A program made the position numbers and the translations under genes. From the IMG/VR virus record IMGVR_UViG_3300007048_000001: DNA of 42,259 nucleotides. One strand, given 5' to 3'. This DNA is from a virus. This document shows positions 40,105 to 42,259 of the stretch, in pieces (position 1 is the stretch's first letter; the number at the start of each line of letters is the position of its first letter). Below the pieces are notes generated by a model. It was given only the letters and a program-made list of their open reading frames with translations. It did no database searches and was not told the origin of the DNA.

Positions 40105-41717
40105 CATTGCTGTTGGTCAAGGAGACATTTCGTGGCCCCCGTAGTATCGGCCACATCGAGGCTGGTATCCAGAACGAGTGGTATGGCTATCGCTCTGACT
40201 GGATCTACACCATTGGGTTGGCCGGCATGTACGGCTTCGGGGTGGGGTGTTGCCCGTCTGAGCTGCTGCCTGATGGCTTTGCACCGCTTAGCCCTGGCAC
40301 GCTGGATCCAACCAGGAGGCACCCGCACTTCGGTAATTACATCCATGTGCCGAGTGCATCGATTGTGTGCTACCTGCCAAAGCACCGCATCCGGCTTAAC
40401 GGGCAGTCATCAACGCATCACCCATACCAAACCCTAAGGGTGGTCATCTCTGACAATGACACTGACCACCAACTGGCACGGATGTTCCAGGACAAGAACA
40501 AGGAACTAGCCGGGGTCTTCGTTGATAAGTATCAGATCAGCAATGGCAAGGACGATGGCTCGGGTCTACCGAACCATGCCGAGGTCACTGGTGGCCTACC
40601 AGGCCCTGCCCCGGGTGGTGAACCGCAGACGGGTGGCATCGCCGTCTCGCGTCCTTTGCACTGGCCCTGTAGCGCCAGCCTTGCTACCGCGACTAGCCAA
40701 TCTAGTCTCATTATCAACAGCACGATCGCCAATCTGACCAGCACAACCCTCAACAGCAGTAACACGTCAGCCCCATCTGCAAGCTCTGCTGGGATCTGGA
40801 CCGCATGCGCAAGTCGTGGTGATACATTCTTCCCAATCCCAACCTGGACGCGTGCGCACCTGGCTTACTTGAGCGTCGCGCATTCGCAGGCTTTACAAGA
40901 TCCATCTGTCAGTACTGGTGCGGCACTGCCTGGTGCTACAGACAAAGCGGCATGGATGGACGTTCAGCCTTACGGACCCAAGGGCAACAACAACAGTGGG
41001 TCAGATGTCAACAAGACAAGCCTGCAGTTCGCCCGTGTTGGCATTGAAGGGGCAACAACTACTGGGTTTGCTGGTACCACCTCGCGTGCCTTCACCGGTG
41101 CAGCACACATCAATGGCACCCCAGCTATTGAGCACACCACCCACAATGGGCAACTCAGTGGCATTGTCGACGTCAATGGGAATCAATGGGACTTGGCGCC
41201 TGGCCTAAGTAGCGTCTCGCCTGCAGCTCAAGCTGGCTACCGCCTCTACCCACCCACTTTGGCTTGGTCTGCTGTGAGCGCAGTGGACGACATCACTGGT
41301 GCTACTGGTGTGATCAGCCTGATAGCTAATACAGCAGACAATGGGATCTGGTGGACGAATACCGCCGCAGAATGGCGACATATCCAACCTGTCGGTAATG
41401 GGCCCTATCACCAAACCTCTAGCTTCCTTGCTCAAAGCATTACCGCTGCAGCAAGGGCATCAAGACGCGCCATGACCGATTGCCTACTGCCACGTGAAAA
41501 TGGTGCACGAGCGGACGAAGCATCAGAAGCAGTCTCTCGCAACAACTACGGAGGAGATGGATTTAGATACGTGGTCTTCGCGAATGTCATCCCAATGTAT
41601 GGTGGCAGGTGGTCCAATACCTACAGTGCCGGGGTGTTCTGCACTAATATCGCAAACACGGTCACGAGCGTCGCCAACAGTCATGGCCTGCGTTCTGTGA
41701 ACTTAGTCACGGCCTAA
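40101..41717 (+). CDS. Receptor-binding tail protein, paralog 1 (N-terminal shared module, C-terminal lectin-like domain suspected)
   Basis: 538 aa. The N-terminal TIGLAGMYGFGVGCC...GNYIHVPSASIVCYLPKH is homologous to the fibre C-terminal modules. The C-terminal half has CASRGDTFFPIPTWTRAHLAYL, VDVNGNQWDLAPG, YGGRWSNTYSAG and HGLRSV, reminiscent of C-type-lectin-fold (FGE/DUF1566-like) domains. Confidence 0.8.
   Translation: MTLLLVKETFRGPRSIGHIEAGIQNEWYGYRSDWIYTIGLAGMYGFGVGCCPSELLPDGFAPLSPGTLDPTRRHPHFGNYIHVPSASIVCYLPKHRIRLNGQSSTHHPYQTLRVVISDNDTDHQLARMFQDKNKELAGVFVDKYQISNGKDDGSGLPNHAEVTGGLPGPAPGGEPQTGGIAVSRPLHWPCSASLATATSQSSLIINSTIANLTSTTLNSSNTSAPSASSAGIWTACASRGDTFFPIPTWTRAHLAYLSVAHSQALQDPSVSTGAALPGATDKAAWMDVQPYGPKGNNNSGSDVNKTSLQFARVGIEGATTTGFAGTTSRAFTGAAHINGTPAIEHTTHNGQLSGIVDVNGNQWDLAPGLSSVSPAAQAGYRLYPPTLAWSAVSAVDDITGATGVISLIANTADNGIWWTNTAAEWRHIQPVGNGPYHQTSSFLAQSITAAARASRRAMTDCLLPRENGARADEASEAVSRNNYGGDGFRYVVFANVIPMYGGRWSNTYSAGVFCTNIANTVTSVANSHGLRSVNLVTA
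40632..40672 (+). repeat. 41-bp block 40/41 identical to 49..89 (and 42209..42249)
   Basis: See feature 49..89. The single mismatch is at 40646. Confidence 0.9.
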
Positions 41718-42259
41718 TGACCTTGCTGCTCGTTCAAGACAAGATCGTTGGGCCCGGCGGACCAGATGGTATCAAGAGCGAGTGGCGTGGATTTCGTTCC
41801 CAATGGATCTACACCATCGGCCTAGCAGGGCTCGATGGGTTTGGCTTGGGATGCTGCCCGCCTGAGTTATTGCCTGATGGGTTTGCGCCATTGAGTGCTT
41901 GGACCACAGATCCCAGTAGACGCCATCCACACTTTGGCAACTATATTCATCTGCCGAGTGCATCGATCATGTGCTATATCCCGAAGCACTATATGCGATT
42001 GAATATTCCCACTACAGGGATAAGCCTGCCCTACGCAGGCCTTCGTGTCATCATCACCCATAACAAGGGGAATGGGACAATCCCTAGGTGCATGAGGGAT
42101 AACAACAAAGATCTAGCAGGATTCTTTCTTGACAAGTATCAGATCAGTAATGGCAGGGCCGATGGTTCAGGGCGACAGAACATCGGTAGTGATGGCATCC
42201 CAGATGAAGGTGGCATCGCCGTGTCGCGTCCTTTGCACTGGCCCTGTAGTGCAAATGCC
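41717..42259 (+). CDS. Receptor-binding tail protein, paralog 2, N-terminal part (continues at base 100 through the overlap to 1131)
   Basis: ATG 41717 overlaps the TAA of paralog 1 (TAATG). MTLLLVQDKIVGPGGPDGIKSEWRGFRSQWIYTIGLAGLDGFGLGCCPPELLPDGFAPL parallels paralog 1. The frame is open to the window end and in phase with 1..1131. Confidence 0.85.
   Translation, partial: MTLLLVQDKIVGPGGPDGIKSEWRGFRSQWIYTIGLAGLDGFGLGCCPPELLPDGFAPLSAWTTDPSRRHPHFGNYIHLPSASIMCYIPKHYMRLNIPTTGISLPYAGLRVIITHNKGNGTIPRCMRDNNKDLAGFFLDKYQISNGRADGSGRQNIGSDGIPDEGGIAVSRPLHWPCSANA
42161..42259. repeat. Second copy of the 99-bp contig overlap
   Basis: Identical to bases 1-99. Confidence 0.95.

Noticed and set aside
40101-42259. 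Diversity-generating retroelement targeting the lectin-like C-termini of the tail paralogs
   Set aside because: No reverse transcriptase ORF exists anywhere in the closed genome. No template repeat is present either: the two C-terminal regions differ at all base types rather than only at adenines, and no near-identical noncoding copy was seen.
38470-42259. Mu G-segment or P1 C-segment style invertible fibre cassette with oppositely oriented alternative exons
   Set aside because: All fibre-related coding sequence is on the + strand. The - strand ORFs in this region (38597..39040, 38787..39185, 39466..39717, 39540..39812, 39975..40385) are Ala/Pro/Arg-rich antisense shadows. I found no AAACC-NN-GGTTT hix/gix-type core anywhere by eye. 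The recombinase link remains a hypothesis only.

Overview
The window is a self-closing contig: bases 1-99 are identical to 42161-42259, leaving about 42,160 unique bp. It appears to be the complete genome of a GC-rich T7-like podovirus. One long + strand arm carries a single-subunit RNA polymerase, a gp2.5-like SSB, a RusA-type resolvase, an HTH protein and a 5'-3' exonuclease. It continues with three gp6.7-like proteins, portal, scaffold, major capsid, tail tube A and B, and an expanded set of internal core proteins. It ends with a small serine recombinase (Hin/Gin-type fold), a seven-gene receptor-binding cluster and holin-like ORFs. A short - strand arm (5635 down to 1506) carries four AT-rich small genes, the large terminase and a C39-like peptidase, with a terS-like gene nested antisense. 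A 1.18-kb noncoding hub (5636-6815) separates the two arms. The most notable points are these. (1) The recombinase is an autonomous cassette with its own sigma70-type promoter and UUCG-loop terminator, placed directly before a modular, duplicated tail-fibre cluster that shares a roughly 40-aa module and a 41-bp near-identical DNA block containing a palindrome. (2) I found no recognisable DNA polymerase or primase-helicase although the phage has its own RNAP. (3) An orphan, AT-rich, antisense two-gene cassette sits inside the replication module. (4) The gp6.7-like genes are triplicated and one carries a 42-bp coding tandem repeat array. (5) The noncoding hub is dense with iteron-like repeats, palindromes and G-runs. 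All functional calls rest on motif recognition by eye and on synteny; no searches were run.
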